The notes under the pieces are model-generated. The model saw only the letters and a program-made list of their open reading frames with translations, ran no database searches and had not been told where the DNA came from. A stretch of DNA of 64,000 nt from Cladosporium halotolerans (lineage: Eukaryota). Below, in pieces: positions 1 through 13,535 of the stretch. The stretch is taken from assembly GCF_011745625.1 (NCBI RefSeq), contig NW_027191479.1, positions 248,001 through 312,000 on the forward strand, read 5' to 3'. Both the position numbers and the translations under genes were made by a program. Each line of letters opens with the position of its first letter. Position 1 is the stretch's first letter.

Positions 1-108
1 TTCCGCAAACTAATCTTCCTGGTCTCATTGTCCCTGTCCATCGGCACGGATCCCAAAGTCTACCGGTCACCTCTATCCGATTTGAAAGCTTCGACACCCG
101 TCTGAAAT

Positions 109-3100
109 ATGTCTGCCGAAGCATCCAACGCTGCCAGCGCCAGCGCTGACGTCCCGACGTCCGCGGCTGAGCGCCTTATGCAGCAGCACGCCGCCGACGA
201 GGCACACAAGGCTACGGTACGCATCCGTCCCGAGCAAATGGATGGAGGGATCTGCGGGGACGGGAAATCGTTCGGACTTTACTGACTTGCAACACTCAGG
301 TCGAGGAGATTCCCGACGAGGACGCTCCTCACCCAATGCCTTCTGCCGCGCCCTCGCTGCCCATTTCTACCGACCCGTCTCGTGTCCAGACCCCTGCTCC
401 CGATGCCAGCGTCTCTTCCAAGGCTGCTGGCAAGCAGCCCGCTCGCGAGAACAAGCTCGACACCCAGTCTGAGGAGCTCTTCCCAGCCCTTGGTGGTCCC
501 AAGGCCGCTGCTCCCGCCGCCCAGTCTCTGTGGTCTCGCAAGCCTGCTGCCGTCGGCAAGGCTCCTAACGGTACCTCCAATGGCATGAACGTTCCTCTCG
601 CCAGCAACGCCTCTTCTCGCGCTTCGACCCCGCTTCCTGGTATCCAGACTCCCGGCTCGACTGCGCCGGCTCGTGGACAGCCCCAGATGAACCTTCCGGG
701 TCGCCAGTCTGAGCAGATCGTCTTGGACCCCAGCATGCTGAAGAAGAGGGACCAGCTGAAGAAGCCTGTTTCTGAGGTTCTGAGGGATATCAACAAGAGG
801 AGCAAGGCCAAGGTTGAAATGAAGAGCGGTCCTGGCGGTGTCCTCATCTTTGAGGGTACTGGCCCTACGGACGCTGTCAGGATTGCCCTCAAGGATGCTG
901 CCAGCCAGATCTGCGCTGGCCAGAACATTTCTCTGCCGATTCCTGCCTCCATCCGCGGTCGCGTTGTGGGCAAGCAGGGTGCTACCATTCAGGCCATCTC
1001 TAAGCGCACCGGCGCCCGTATCAACATTTCTCGCCAGGAGGCTGCCGAGATTCTCGAGGACGACGATCTGGACCAGACTGTTGATGTCACGATCGAGGGT
1101 GACCCCTTCGCGGTTCAGATGGCCAAGCAGGACATTGAGAAGATCGTCAACGAGCACACTTCTTCTGCCAGCACTCGCCTGAAGCACATTCCCGCAGAGT
1201 ACTACCCCTTCTTGGGCAACAACGAGCGTCTGGCTGCTCTCCAGCAAGGCCGCGACCTGCGCATGCAGATTCCCGAGTACAAGACCTTCGGCCAGCAGGC
1301 ACCTCAGATTCCCGCCAACCGTGGTCCCGCCTCTTTCGCGCCCCAGGCCGGCTACCCTATCCAGCTCTCTGGTGACCGCCAGGCTGTTGCGGAGATGAAG
1401 GCCGAGCTAGACCGCCAGGTCGCTGAGCTTCAGCGCCAGCTCACCATGGAGCAGGTCGAGATTGAGCGCAACAGGCACCAGTTCGTTGTTGGCGATATGG
1501 GTTCTTCGATCAACGATTTCCTCGCTGAGACTGGCTGCTCCGTCATCATGCCGCCTGACGGACACGACGCTGACGAGCTGATTGTTGTTGGTCCTGCGGA
1601 CCGCATCGATCAGGCCGTTGACAAGATCCAGGATCTGGCTATGCGCATGTCTTCCTCCACTGCCGACATCGTCAAGCCTCACGCCAACGCTCCTCGCGGT
1701 GGACAGAGCCACGCCCGTGATGTCACTAGATACCTGCAACGCCGCCAGGCCATTCAGCAGATTGAGCGCCAGCACAACGTTCGCATTGTCCCTGAGGAGT
1801 CTGGTTCGTGGCAGATCTTCGCTGCCGATGGCAAGAACGCACTGAAGGCCCGTTCCGATATCATGAACCTCATCAGCGGCCACCCGCCGACTCGCTTCTC
1901 GCCTCTCCAGGTCGACCCCTTCTTCCACGAGCACATCCGCTCGCAGGCTGCCCGCCAAGTTCGCGATCAATACGGTGTACACTTGCTTGTTCCGGATGAG
2001 TTTGATGACTCTCCTGCACTGCTTGTGTTTGAGGACCGCGTGCCGTCGCCTGATTACGAGCTTCCTCGCAAGGCACCATCCGCTCAGGACGCCCAGGCGT
2101 ACCAGCGTGCCCTCCAGGAGGCGCAGCAGCACATCCTCAACCTGATCGGTGGCCAACAGCAGATCATCTCGCGTGATGTCGACGCACCTGTCAAATTCCA
2201 CGACAAGATTAGGAGGCACGTTGACCGCCACCACCAGTCCCTCCCGCAGGGTCAGATCCCCCCACAGGTCGCCTACGGTGGTCCCAGACAAGCTCCTTCT
2301 GCTCCCAGAAAGGCCCCGCAGCCCACGCTTAATCTTCGTGGACCTCAAGACAACGTCGATGCCCTTGTTCAAAACCTGCTTGCCTTCATCGAGCAGGAGA
2401 AGCAGGATGAGCTTGAGCGTGGCTTCACTCTCACCTTCGACTTCCCTCAGAAATTCGCCAGCCACCTCATCGGTCGTGGTGGTGAGAACATCAACCGTCT
2501 CCGCGATGAGTTCGATGTTGACATCCAGCTCAACGAGGGCAAGTGCGAGATCAAGGGTCCCGAGGCCAAGGCGAACGCCGCGAAGAAGCACATTCTCGAC
2601 GTTGGCAAGAAGCTGGAGGATGAGGCGACTCACCACCTGAACATTCCTGCCCAGTTCCACCGTGACTTGATCGGTCCTCAGGGTGGTCAGGTCAACCGTC
2701 TGCAGGACCGCTACAACGTCCGCGTCAACTTCCCTCGCTCTAAGCAGGCTGGTAATGAGGACGAAGCTGTTGATGCTGCTGCCTCTCGTCGCCCCAACCA
2801 GGGCCCGAACGAGGTCATCATCAAGGGTCCCAGCAGGGGTGCTGACGCCTGCCGCGACGAGCTCCTCAGCTTGTTGCAGTACGTCAAGGACAACTCTTAC
2901 ACCGCTACCGTGTCCGTCGCTCAGAGCCAGCTCCCGTCTTTGATCGGTACTGGCGGTCGTGAGATGGAGGCTCTTCGCCTTGATACCGGCGCCATCGTGG
3001 ACGTTCCTTCTGCCAAGGAGGCTGCCAGCGCGGACGGCCGTGCCGAAGTCAAGATCAAGGGATCCAAGCAGGCTGTCGAGGCTGCCAAGAAGGTCATCGA

Positions 3101-4212
3101 GGAGCGTGCCAAGGTCTTCGATGACACTGTCACGAAGAACATTGATGTTGAGCGCAAGCACCACCGTTTCATCATCGGTGCTGGAGGTAAGTTTACATAT
3201 GTATCGTTAACCAATCAGGGTCACAGACTAAGTTGCTACAGGCTCCAACCTCGCTTCTCTTGTCGAGCAAGCTGGCGGTCCCTCTGACGCTAGGGCTCGT
3301 GCTCGTCTTGCTCGCTTCCCGAAGACCGAGGCCGAGGGTAACACCATCCGTCTCGAAGGTCAGAGCAGCGTTGTCGAGAAGCTCGCCGCTGCCATCCTTG
3401 CCCTCGTTGCCGACCAGGAGTCCCAGACCACTGAGATTCTTGAGGTCAAGCCGGACAAGCACCGCCTGCTTATCGGCCGTGGTGGTGAGAGCCGCCGTCA
3501 GCTCGAGCAACAATTCGGTGTCACCATCAACGTTCCCCGCCAGAGCGAGACTGGTCCTGCGCGCTCGCAGGTCAAGGTCGCCGGTCAGCCTGAGAACGTC
3601 GAGAAGGCCAAGGCTCACATCCTCGAGCTCACAAAGGAGGTCGAGGGCGAGACCGTCCAGGTCCCGCTTAAGTACCACCACGCCATCGCCGACAACGGCC
3701 AGTTCTTCCGCCGTCTGCGCTCAGACCACAAGGTCAGCGTCGACCACGCCGGCCAGCGCCCTCCGCCCCGCCAGTCCGTCCCCAAGCCCAGCCGCGGTGC
3801 AGGCAGCGCCGACATGCCGCTGATCACCGACGACTCCTCCGCCAACGCCAACAACCACTCCTTCGAGGCCCACTCCCTGCACACCTCGACCGAGGAAGGC
3901 GAGATCCCCTGGGTGCTCGTCGGCCCGTCGCCCGAGGCCATCTCCGCCGCCCGTGCCAAGGTCGACCGCGCCCTCGAGGAGGCTCAGAAGCAGGACACCG
4001 TCGGCTTCCTTATCCTCCCCGATCCCCGCGCATACCGCCACGTTGTCGGACCCGGCGGCGCTGAGATCAACCGCATCCGCAAGCAAACTGGTACCAAGAT
4101 CCAGGTGCCGCGCGCGCAGAGCGAGGGCGAGGCAATTGAGATCGTGGGTACTAAGGCAGGCGTTGAGGAGGCGAGGGATATTATCCTGGAGATTGTGCAG
4201 AACAACTCTTAG
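109..4212 (+). CDS. SCP160: Multi-KH-domain RNA-binding protein (Scp160/vigilin family); exons 109-216, 300-3186, 3242-4212
   Basis: Repeated KH GxxG loops (VVGKQGATI, LIGRGGENI, LIGPQGGQV, LIGTGGREM, IIGAGG, VVGPGGAEI). GT..AG introns at 217-299 and 3187-3241 keep phase; stop TAG at 4210-4212. Confidence 0.92.
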
Positions 4213-4803
4213 TTCTGTCATCACTTTACGGCCGTGGATATGAGGACGAAGGGGAGAGCGGATTCTGTGTAATCTTTTAGTTTGTGTTTCTTATTGCTTC
4301 TTGTTCAAAAGCGCATTGGGGAGCGAGAAAAGTTGATGATGGTGTCTTTATGGCATCTGTTTTTCGGCTTGCTGTTGTTGCTACTGTTGTAACATAAGAT
4401 TGAGACGATCTTTTTCTTGCTAGATACCGAGAGATGAAAGGCTGCTTTCTATACTGTACGCTCGAGGCTATCGTCACCATGGCACGACTATTGTCTACCG
4501 AAGGTAACAGCGGTAGGATATCAGAAGTTACGATCATCGAAGTCGTGAAGGATGCAAGCGTGATGCCTCAGGCCCAGAGTCGAAAGTGCTCAAGCGCTTA
4601 GCTATTGTACGCAGATAGGTACTAGTGATGGCGCGACTCAAACCTTTCCGCTGCAGCCACCCGATCCGATGCAGTGTCGTCAGTCACATGGGAAAATCTT
4701 ACATGATTTGACAAAGCTAAGAACGAATCACCTTTCCATGGATAGGCAACGCTCATCTGCGGAAATACTAATAAATGTGGCTGCGCGTTCCCCCTAAGGC
4801 AAG

Positions 4804-5187
4804 ATGGCTTTTCTCTTCGACAGTCGCATCTTTCGTCTCCTTCATTCAGCTGCACCCTTGTATACTTTACACTGCTTTCAGTACATCGAACACCCTGCCA
4901 TGCATATGCGGGTCCTTATTCACACAGCCATTGCTCGACATGCTAGCGCAGATCATACACAGCAATCTATCTCGTCTGACGGATCTTTATCCGCCATCAC
5001 AATTCCAATCGTCTTCGGTACGATTGGCGCCGTGTTTGCTTTGATCGCGATCATCGTTGGGGTCTTGCAATATCGGAGAACAGCATCTCGAAACATCGCA
5101 GGTGACCTGGAAGCACAACCGGGGAGAACGGAGGATCGGGACGGGCTTCACTCCGCCGTTGCCCCACCACGGTCAGGCTCCTTATAG
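4804..5187 (+). CDS. Possible small single-pass membrane protein (hypothetical)
   Basis: 127-aa ORF with one strong hydrophobic segment followed by basic residues (ITIPIVFGTIGAVFALIAIIVGVLQYRR); no recognisable family. Confidence 0.3.
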   Translation: MAFLFDSRIFRLLHSAAPLYTLHCFQYIEHPAMHMRVLIHTAIARHASADHTQQSISSDGSLSAITIPIVFGTIGAVFALIAIIVGVLQYRRTASRNIAGDLEAQPGRTEDRDGLHSAVAPPRSGSL

Positions 5188-5775
5188 GCTTCTTTACTGG
5201 AATTAGATCTGACGGAATGTCGCAGGCCAGTGCAAATACGCAGAGGTCCCATGCACAGAGTGACATTCTGACTACGCTGTGAAAACGCTCCTTACCAGAG
5301 GAGACGCATCACGTTGCTTTTCTTCCGCGATTTACTTGTACACCTCACATGCATGCTTGCTTCGCTTGAAAATGGGAGTGAGCGATCTAACGACTGTTAC
5401 GATATGCAACGACAATAACGATACGGGATGACGCTCATGGATATTAATGGCAATCGTTTCTTGACTCGTATTCATTCACGATCCACGCATGCGCTCCTGC
5501 GTGAAGTCGTACATCGTTGCCAACGTTCAACGTTCCCTCGGAGCTTGTGTAGGCAGCTTGTCTTCACATTTCTGCGTGCCTCCCGGCTGCAAACCTTGAA
5601 GTTTTTCATGTTCCACCAATCCATGTAACGGAAAAGAGCGCACGATTCTCGTCATCAAAATCCTTCATTTCCCATGACACTATGCAACACACCTCCTCAT
5701 CACTCCCGAGACTAAAAAGCGTATATACGAAAAATTAACCCCCGCCCTCCCTCATAACCCAACATCTATTCACCC

Positions 5776-8700
5776 CTACCTCCTAAACCCCGCCCTCACA
5801 TCCTCCCGCGAGAAATCAACCTCCACATTCTTCTCCCCCTCCGCGGCAGGATAGACCGTCTTCGCCAGCCTCTCCGCCCTCTCGAGCGTGGACTCGTAGA
5901 AGCGCTCGGCCTCTTTGCACACGAAGCCGACGAGGTTGCGCGAGACGTTCGCGCTCTCGCCCTCGGCGTCGCCGAAGTGCTTCTCGATGCGGCGCCGGAG
6001 CGTGTCGATGCCTTTGCGGACTTCTTTGCTGTTGAAGTCGGCGAGCAGGTGGCGGGCTGTTTTGCGTGAGTAAGAGGCGCGCGAGGCGATGGAGGTTGGG
6101 TTGATGTTGGGGCTGGAGGCGAGCTGGGAGTCGAGGGAGTCAAGGAAGTCCTGTTGATTTCAGTCAGCATGGTCATCGATGGGGATAGAGTCATTGAAGT
6201 TCTACGCACCAGAAGCTTGCCAAGCGGTCGCCGCACAACCCGCCCGACGTACGCTTCCAAAGCCTCCTGTCTCTCGAGCATCGCGCGACTCCGCCAATCG
6301 GCCAGCACGCCTTCGCGTCCTCCATCGTCGACTTCCTCAATGTAGTGGTTCATGTTCTCGATCAGCAGAACGTGGTAGTTGAGCATCTCCTTATCTTCAG
6401 GGTCATCCGCACCAGCCTGCCTAGCGGCGGCAGTATGTGCGCCAACAGGAGCGCCGGCGGTGGGAGACTCTTTGGCGATGACCTTCAGGCTGTCGAACAT
6501 GGTACGGTTGATGCGCGTGTAGGCGTCGTCCACCAGTCGCCTGACTTCAGCTACGCTTTCGCTGGGACCATCGTAGTCCGCACGTGCGACTGAGGCGAAC
6601 ACGTTCTCGACGGCCGCGCTGAAGTGCGGGAAGATTCGCATGAAAGCGATGACGCCCTTGCGCTTGTGGATCTTGACCTTGGTCTCTTCGATCGCGCGAA
6701 TCTGCTCGTCGACGAACTTCGCGAAGAGCGTCTGCAAACGTGTGTTGAGTTGGTCGATGAGCTGCAGGAGGTATTCTTGAGCGGTGTCTGCGAGGAAGAA
6801 AGAGTGCTTGCTGAGAGCGGCGAGGATGCCAACACCCTGAATAGGATCTGACGACACTGCCCATTCGAGCAAGATCGAAGTTTCTTGTGTGAAGAAAGAG
6901 AAGATCTCGTCCATGACGCCAGTGACGCGGCGAGCCATCTCACGGTCGGGGTCCATGGGTTTCGGAACGAGCAGGTTGGTGCCACGGCGTCTCTCGGGAG
7001 GAACAGAGTTGACGACATCGACGAAGTCCGCGGTTTCCAAACTGGTAGCATGGAAGTAGTCGACGATGAAGTTCTGCTCTTGGCTGATCAACGGTGCCAT
7101 CTCGTCCATGGCGCCAGAGAAAACTTCGCAAGCCATGAGGGAGTTGCCCTGGTTCAGACTTTCACTGGCGCTCTTCTTGTCACCGGAAGCGCTACGCAAG
7201 CTCTTCGCAAGGGTCTGCGAGCGCTTGATTGTGATCTTGCGGGCGGAGCTCGCGATGCCACCGCTGCTAGCATCAGCCGCCTCCTTCTCGAGATGCGTGA
7301 ACAACAACTCGGCCTCTTCGCCAGTCGGCTTGCGGACAGCGCCTTTCCAGCCATTGATGTTTCGCTTGAAAGCGTCGGCATACAGAGGCTGTGCGCGAGA
7401 ATAGTAGAGTCTGAGGATGGTCTGCCAAGCGGGCATATTCAGCTCCTTTGAGAACAAGATCAATGGACTGTAAATCCACAGGCCTGTCCTCGCGTTGGTG
7501 AACGCATCTTTGTTTAGTCTGGACATCTTCCCATCGCCAACCGGTTTCATCGTTTGGCTCTTGACGTTGTTCAGCGCAGAAGTGAAGGTGTAGTCGAGCT
7601 GCTGCATCAGCCGCTGGCAGAAAGTGTTGCTTTCACGCGAGTACATTTCCTTCTTCTCACGGAGGGCAGCCATGCGAGACAGCTCCGTGCCGTCGTCTCC
7701 CAAACGACTCTTAGGGCGAGTTGTCGTTGAGCGGGAGGATGGATCCATCGTGATCATAGCCTGGTACAGCTTGACAAGGCTGTGCTCCACTTCCTCCAGG
7801 CCGATAGGGTCTCCAATGTCGCTGTAACGCAAAGGCTCCAAGACTGACCTGTCGAGTGAGATTGTCCCAATCAGATTGGTCAGTTCCGTGTGCAGGAGCT
7901 GCTGGTTGGCACTCTGCACTTGCAGACCCTGACTCTGGGCTTCGATGAACTGAATGTCTTCGTTCAAGGAGCCAAGCTCAACGCTGTACAGTGTCAGAAG
8001 ACCTTCGAGCTCATCGCATTCTGCAATGGCCTTGTCGAGCAGTCCTTCAACGTGTGCCACCTTGTCTTCCCTGGCATTGTCGCTCTGTGACAGCCAGGAG
8101 CCAGCTTCTACTCGCCCCAGCTGCCGTTTGACATCGTTCTCAAAGTCTGTGATTTGCCTTGGCTGCCGAGCGCCGTTGCCCCATCCGAAGTCTATCAGGA
8201 GAGATTCGAACTCGATACCCTTGCCTTCCAACAACGACTTGTCGATGCCGAGTTCAGTGAGGTACTTCTCCTGCTGCAGACTTCGGCGCTTGACCTTGAC
8301 TTGGGGTGCCCGCAGGTGGTCCTGTTCCAAGGGCTCTTCTTCTTCGGGCTCTGGCAGGTGCTCGGGAACCGGAGGTGCGAGGGTCTCTGATTCGGGTGGC
8401 CGCACGGGACCCCCGTCCGCTAACTGTACGCTTGTTTCGCCTCGCATGGTAGCTGATGGCATCCGCAAGGGCGAGACCGGCTTTGTGACTTCGAGCATCG
8501 GGGCATCCTGCGAGACAGGTGGTGCTTTGGGACTGGTTGGCGGTGGCGGCGCTGCTGGCTCCTCTTTCTGTGGTGCGGGCGCTCTGAAAACTCCGGTAAT
8601 ACCGTCGGCTTCATCAGTGATCCCGGCTTCCTTGTCCGCCTTCGCTTTCAGAATGCGCTCTGCGGCACCGCCTGGTCGTGGCTTGAAGGCATTCGCTGCG

Positions 8701-10805
8701 AAAGCTGCTTTGCGGAAGCGATCGGCGGCCGCCCCGCGCTTCTTGACCATCGGTCCAAGACCTGGTCGGAACGCCTCGTCCGATGGGGTTTCTGCATCCT
8801 CTTGCGCCTCGGAGGCCTCTGGAGACGGCTGTACCTCTGCCTGCTCCTTTTCGGTCGTTGGCGTTTCGGCTGGAGTCGGCTGGGGTGATGGTCCAGGTGG
8901 CGTATCAGCGAATGCCCCGGGCATGCTGATTTTGGTTTCAGAAGGCTTTTGAACAGCAAGAGGTTTGACATCGGGCGGCTCTTCATGGGCCGGTGTTACT
9001 ACAGCCGACTGTGCGTTGGGGGTTGCATAATTGCTGCCGCCGTCCGTCGAACGAGCACCTTGCTTCAGTGGAGGAGGCCGTAAGTCAACGCTGTTCTCTG
9101 AAGCTCTGGTATCGAACTGCGGCCGCCTCCGTGATCTTTCCGGTGTCAAAGGAGAGGACGGCTGCTGGGTGGCAGGTGGTTCGGCAGGTGTTGTAGGCTC
9201 CGGGCCCCAGTATGAGTTCATACCACTGATCGCGGCAGCATCGCTTGGCTCAACACCGGCTGAGGAAGCTCCACTCTGCGCAGCATCTGGTTGTGGTTCT
9301 TCTGGGCGGGAATGTTGTGAGCGACTTCGGTTCGATTGAGTCGTCTCCAGAGGTGGAAGGTGTGTTGCAGATGGCTGCTTTCTGTGTAACGGAGGCGGAG
9401 GACCTGCACGTTGAGGTTCCGGCTGTTGACGAATGGGTAGTTGTTGTTCAGGTTGCGCTTGTTGCTGTTGTTGCTGCCATCGTTGCCTCGTATTCGCCAG
9501 AAGTGCCGCACCGGCTGCTGCGCCAGCGACCGCTCCATTCGTCTCTGGTTGAGTGGGATCTTGCGGTCTCTCACGAGTTGTATGCACAGGAGGTCTCTCG
9601 AATTCCTTCTGTTTAGGTGGGCTTTGGGATCGGGGTTGTCGCGCTTGTGCGGCCTCTCTGCTGCTCGTTGAGAAAGCAGAGACAGCGGGACTCTCAGACC
9701 GCAGATTGGGCTGTGAACGCTGTGTGTTCGGGCCACTAGAATAGCCTGACGATGAAGGCGGTCCTCTGTTTTGCGTAGGTCCAGGCGAGGGTCCAGCCCG
9801 CATGCCGGGTCTGCCGGGCTCACGGCTCTTTGAGCGCATCCGCTCTGAGCTAGGATGAGACCGCGGTACGGGCGATGGTTCGCCCGGTCTTCCAGCACGC
9901 ATGCCTGGTGGCTGTTGAGGCCTCGCAGGCGACTCAGAAGGCCGCTGGCCTGCCTGAGTCGGGGGTGGACCAGGTGATCCTCGCATTCGAGGATTGTCTC
10001 GACTCTGTGGCCGTGATCCCTGCGCAAATGGGGGCTGAGGTGGAGAAGGTGCTGCCATATCTCCGCTGAGTAGTTTAGGACTTGGAGCTGGTGGCCCTTG
10101 GGGCTGCTGTCCGAGCATCGCCGCTTGATTCTGCTCGTCAAACCCGCGGAGCTCCGGAACAAGGCCTTTGGTGTACTTCCGATAGATCTTGACAGCGCTT
10201 GCAATGAAGAAGTCCTTCTCTTTGGCAGTGCCCGCTTGCCAGTAGTAGGGCTTGGTGATGGTGACAATGAAGCCAAGGCCCCCGGCCCATGACCTGTACT
10301 GCGCTTCTCGGTCATCCTGTGGCGGCAGAGCACTGTTCGAAAAACTCTCGATTGCACTCAGCTCCTCCAAGTTCCAAGTCTTTCCAATACTGAAGCTACC
10401 ATTATTGTTCTCTCGCGCCTTGTGCATGCGCACCCGTCCCGTGCTCCTGACAGCGATTATGATGAGTCGAGGCTTCCTATTTTCGGCCGGGCTGTCGGGC
10501 GGCGGTGGTGAAGAAGGATGCGCGGCATCTTCTTGGATCCGGATATGCGTAATATAGCTCTCGCTAAGCTGTCCATTGGCGTCGACTTTACTAAAGCAAG
10601 ACTCGATGATGCGCCTTTTCTCATCTTCGAAGCGTTCCGCGCGCGACATGCCGGACGAAGACGGTCTCTGTTGGCTTTGCGACATGTTCGGCGTGCCCAA
10701 GCGAGACTGCGAGTTCAGAGCGCTGTTGGAGCTCGACATGTTCAAAGCCGGGTTGGAGCCATTGCTGCTCATGTTGCGGTAGCCGTTGGGCGGAGGGCGC
10801 GACAT
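5776..10805 (-). CDS. SEC3: Exocyst subunit Sec3; exons 10805-6210 and 6151-5776
   Basis: N-terminal PIP2-binding PH-like region (YITHIRIQED...VRMHKAREN...FSIGKTWNLEEL), long Pro/Gln-rich linker, coiled coil (IEAQSQGLQVQSANQ) and Sec3_C (KRKGVIAFMRIFP, LIENMNHY). An intron at ~6209-6152 restores the C-terminus ...VRAGFRR*. Confidence 0.92.
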
Positions 10806-11688
10806 GGTGGGCGCAACCGTTGGTGAGATTCCGTGGAGGCGCGCTAGATCATTGAGCCACTGGTGACGGTCGCAACGTCGTCGTCGTCGGCGGGCCTCGA
10901 AGCAGGGTGGAGGTGCAGAGCGCTGGTGATGATGGCGGACGATGCGGGAGGCGCTCCTCGTGGTCGAGCGACAATTATCCTACACTCCCTCCATGCGAGC
11001 CAACGTCCGCCTCTTGATGCAGGTGTGGGGTGGTATCATTAATTCCTGAGGGATACGGTATAGCTCGAGGGCGCAGCGACGTCTCACCACGCGAGGCGGG
11101 AAGGGCAGGCCGGCAGGGTGGAAGGTGTTCCGTCCGCCGCGTCCCAGAACGGCAGGCCGCAGCTCAGGCAGGCCGCAGCCCGCAGCGCAGCCCGACAGCG
11201 TGGGCGTGGGGAACCAAGGTGAACGTCACGGCCGCGACTCGAATTCAAGCATGGCTTCGTCCGTCGGCAGAAACTCCAGTAGACTTCACCCACCGAAACC
11301 GCGATACATGGTGAACATCACACCCCTGAAACAACAGTCGCGCCATTGTCAACACTCGCGCCACTGCCACGACCCATGACTCTGGCACGCGGTATTCCAC
11401 CATCCGTTCATCCTGACCCACACGTGGCTGGACCGTCTCGATGGGTTAGCTTCATCTTCTTGAGTTCAAACTATGATCAAGCCCGAGTACAATGCCGATC
11501 TCTCGGAATCCATTGACGCCCAATGCCCTACCATTTTTGACACCCAACTGGTTATCAATTACTCGTGGTGGTGTAGTGGCGGGCAGTGAACCGATGCTGT
11601 TGATGTGGCCGTCTCCTCTCCTTGTCCATGTTCGCATCACCCTCCTTTCACATCGTAGACGGCATACGACTGCGCCAGCTGGTCGACA

Positions 11689-13256
11689 ATGTACAGTCCC
11701 TCAATACTGCTGGTATTCGCTGTCGCACCGTTTGCAAACTCTCGCACCGTCCACAGCGTCCTGGTCTTCAGCCGCCATGGCGATCGTAAGTTTACAACTT
11801 ACAGCCAGGTGATAACGCATTCCAGTATTAACGATGTTAGGTACGGCCAAGCTCTACGAAAGTTACAATATGACCAACCTCGGAGCCAACCAGGTCTACA
11901 ATTCTGGTGATTTTTACAGGCGGCGGTATCTGGTCGATGGCGTCGCCGATCAGATTGCCGGTATCTCGCCAGAAATTGTAAACGCTTCACAACTGTACGC
12001 CAGCGCACCAGATCAAGACGTACGTTCGCGCAGAAATTATTCATACTTGGTCGCGGAAATGCTTATCACACGCACAGATACTCTTGCAGACTGCCAGTCT
12101 CTTTCTTCAAGGCTTGTATCCGCCCCTCAGTGACACATTGGATACTGAGAGCCTGGTAAATGGCACCGACGTTTCGGCCCCCTTAGACGGACAGCAGTAC
12201 ATTCTCGTCCACGGTGAAGACACGAATAGTCCGGACACCATTTGGATCAAAGGAGACAACGCTTGTCCGGCTTATTCGAACGCATCTGAGACTTACGAGC
12301 TAAGTGCGGACTACGCAGCAACCCTCGCTGCGTCTGCAACACTCTACACGAGCGTCGAGCCACTGCTAACTGACATCCTCGGCCCTGGGAATGTCTCTTA
12401 CGCCAACGCTTACGACGTATTCGACCTTCTCAACGTGGCTTCTATCCACAACGCGACAGTGGCGCCAGACATTGCCTCTTCTGACCTCGATCAGCTCCGT
12501 TACTACGCGGACGAATGGGAGTGGAATCACAACTTCAACGCCAGCCAGCCCGATCGGTCTATCGGTGGGATGGCTTTCGCGGGAGGCATCTTGAGACAGC
12601 TCGACTCCGTCGTCGCGGGATCAGCCGATGTCAAGTTCTCCCTTCTGGCAGGCTCCTACGACACCTTCATATCCTTCTTCGGCTTGACAAATCTCTCTAC
12701 CACTTCCCTCAACTTTACCGGTCTGCCGGTCTACGCTTCGACGATGGCTTTCGAACTCTTCACTGCCGCCGACGGCGATACGTTCCCTGCGACTCCGGAT
12801 ACAGACTTGCGCGTCCGCTTTTTGTTCCGCAACGGTACAGATCCCAGTGAGGATCTCATCGCGTACCCGCTCTGGGGCGAGACGGCAGAAGATTATGCGT
12901 ATGGTGATTTCAAGAGCCGTCTAGGTGCCAGAGCCATCAACGACGTCGCGACCTGGTGCACCACGTGCGATTCCCCAGCCTACTTTTGCGTCGCGGAGGC
13001 CGCTGACAACAAGACCGCAAACGCCGTGGCTGCTGCCAAAGAGGACGATACGGGACTCTCGAGCGCTGCTGCTAGCGGCATTGGCGTTGCTGTTGCCGTG
13101 GTTGTCATGTTGATGATTGGTGGACTGGTTGCGTTCCTGATGCGTCGCAAGTCGAACCGGGCCCGCGCCGCTACAAGTCGCCCTACTTTTCCCTCGTCCA
13201 ACGTGGAGATGGTCGAGGGCACCCAAAGCAGTAGGGCGCAGATCAGTCCAGCATAG
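11689..13256 (+). CDS. Histidine acid phosphatase family protein with signal peptide and C-terminal TM anchor; 2 introns (~11787-11840, ~12020-12078)
   Basis: Signal peptide, then the catalytic RHGDRT motif split by intron 1. Many N-glycosylation sequons; C-terminal TM (GIGVAVAVVVMLMIGGLVAFLM). Confidence 0.85.
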
Positions 13257-13535
13257 CGCATCATCCGTCTTTGCCGTTACCGATTTGTACAAAGCTGGTG
13301 CGATCATAAACGTTCATTAATAATTGAGCATGATCGATATACTTTCGCCTCAGCAGCTTCAACACGGCTCTCCCACTCCCGGGGAAGAGCCGTATGGAAT
13401 TGCAGTGAACTTGCGAGGAGCAACAGCCTCACGGCCCTTCCCTGCCAATGTCCTGAGTGGCACAATTGCTGTCATAGCTTCATCTGCCTTCCACGAACGA
13501 ATTTCCGCATGCTGAAATGAGTTCAAGCAATGCCA

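Noticed and set aside
279..3164. Long antisense ORFs (322 and 585 aa) opposite SCP160; similar ones opposite GLS2, cdh and SEC3
   Set aside because: Expected shadows of strongly C-ending codon bias; no recognisable motifs.
5796..6209. C-terminal ~135 aa of the 1669-aa ORF as listed in the ORF track
   Set aside because: Read-through of an intron into the wrong frame; splicing at ~6209-6152 gives a Sec3-like end at 5776.
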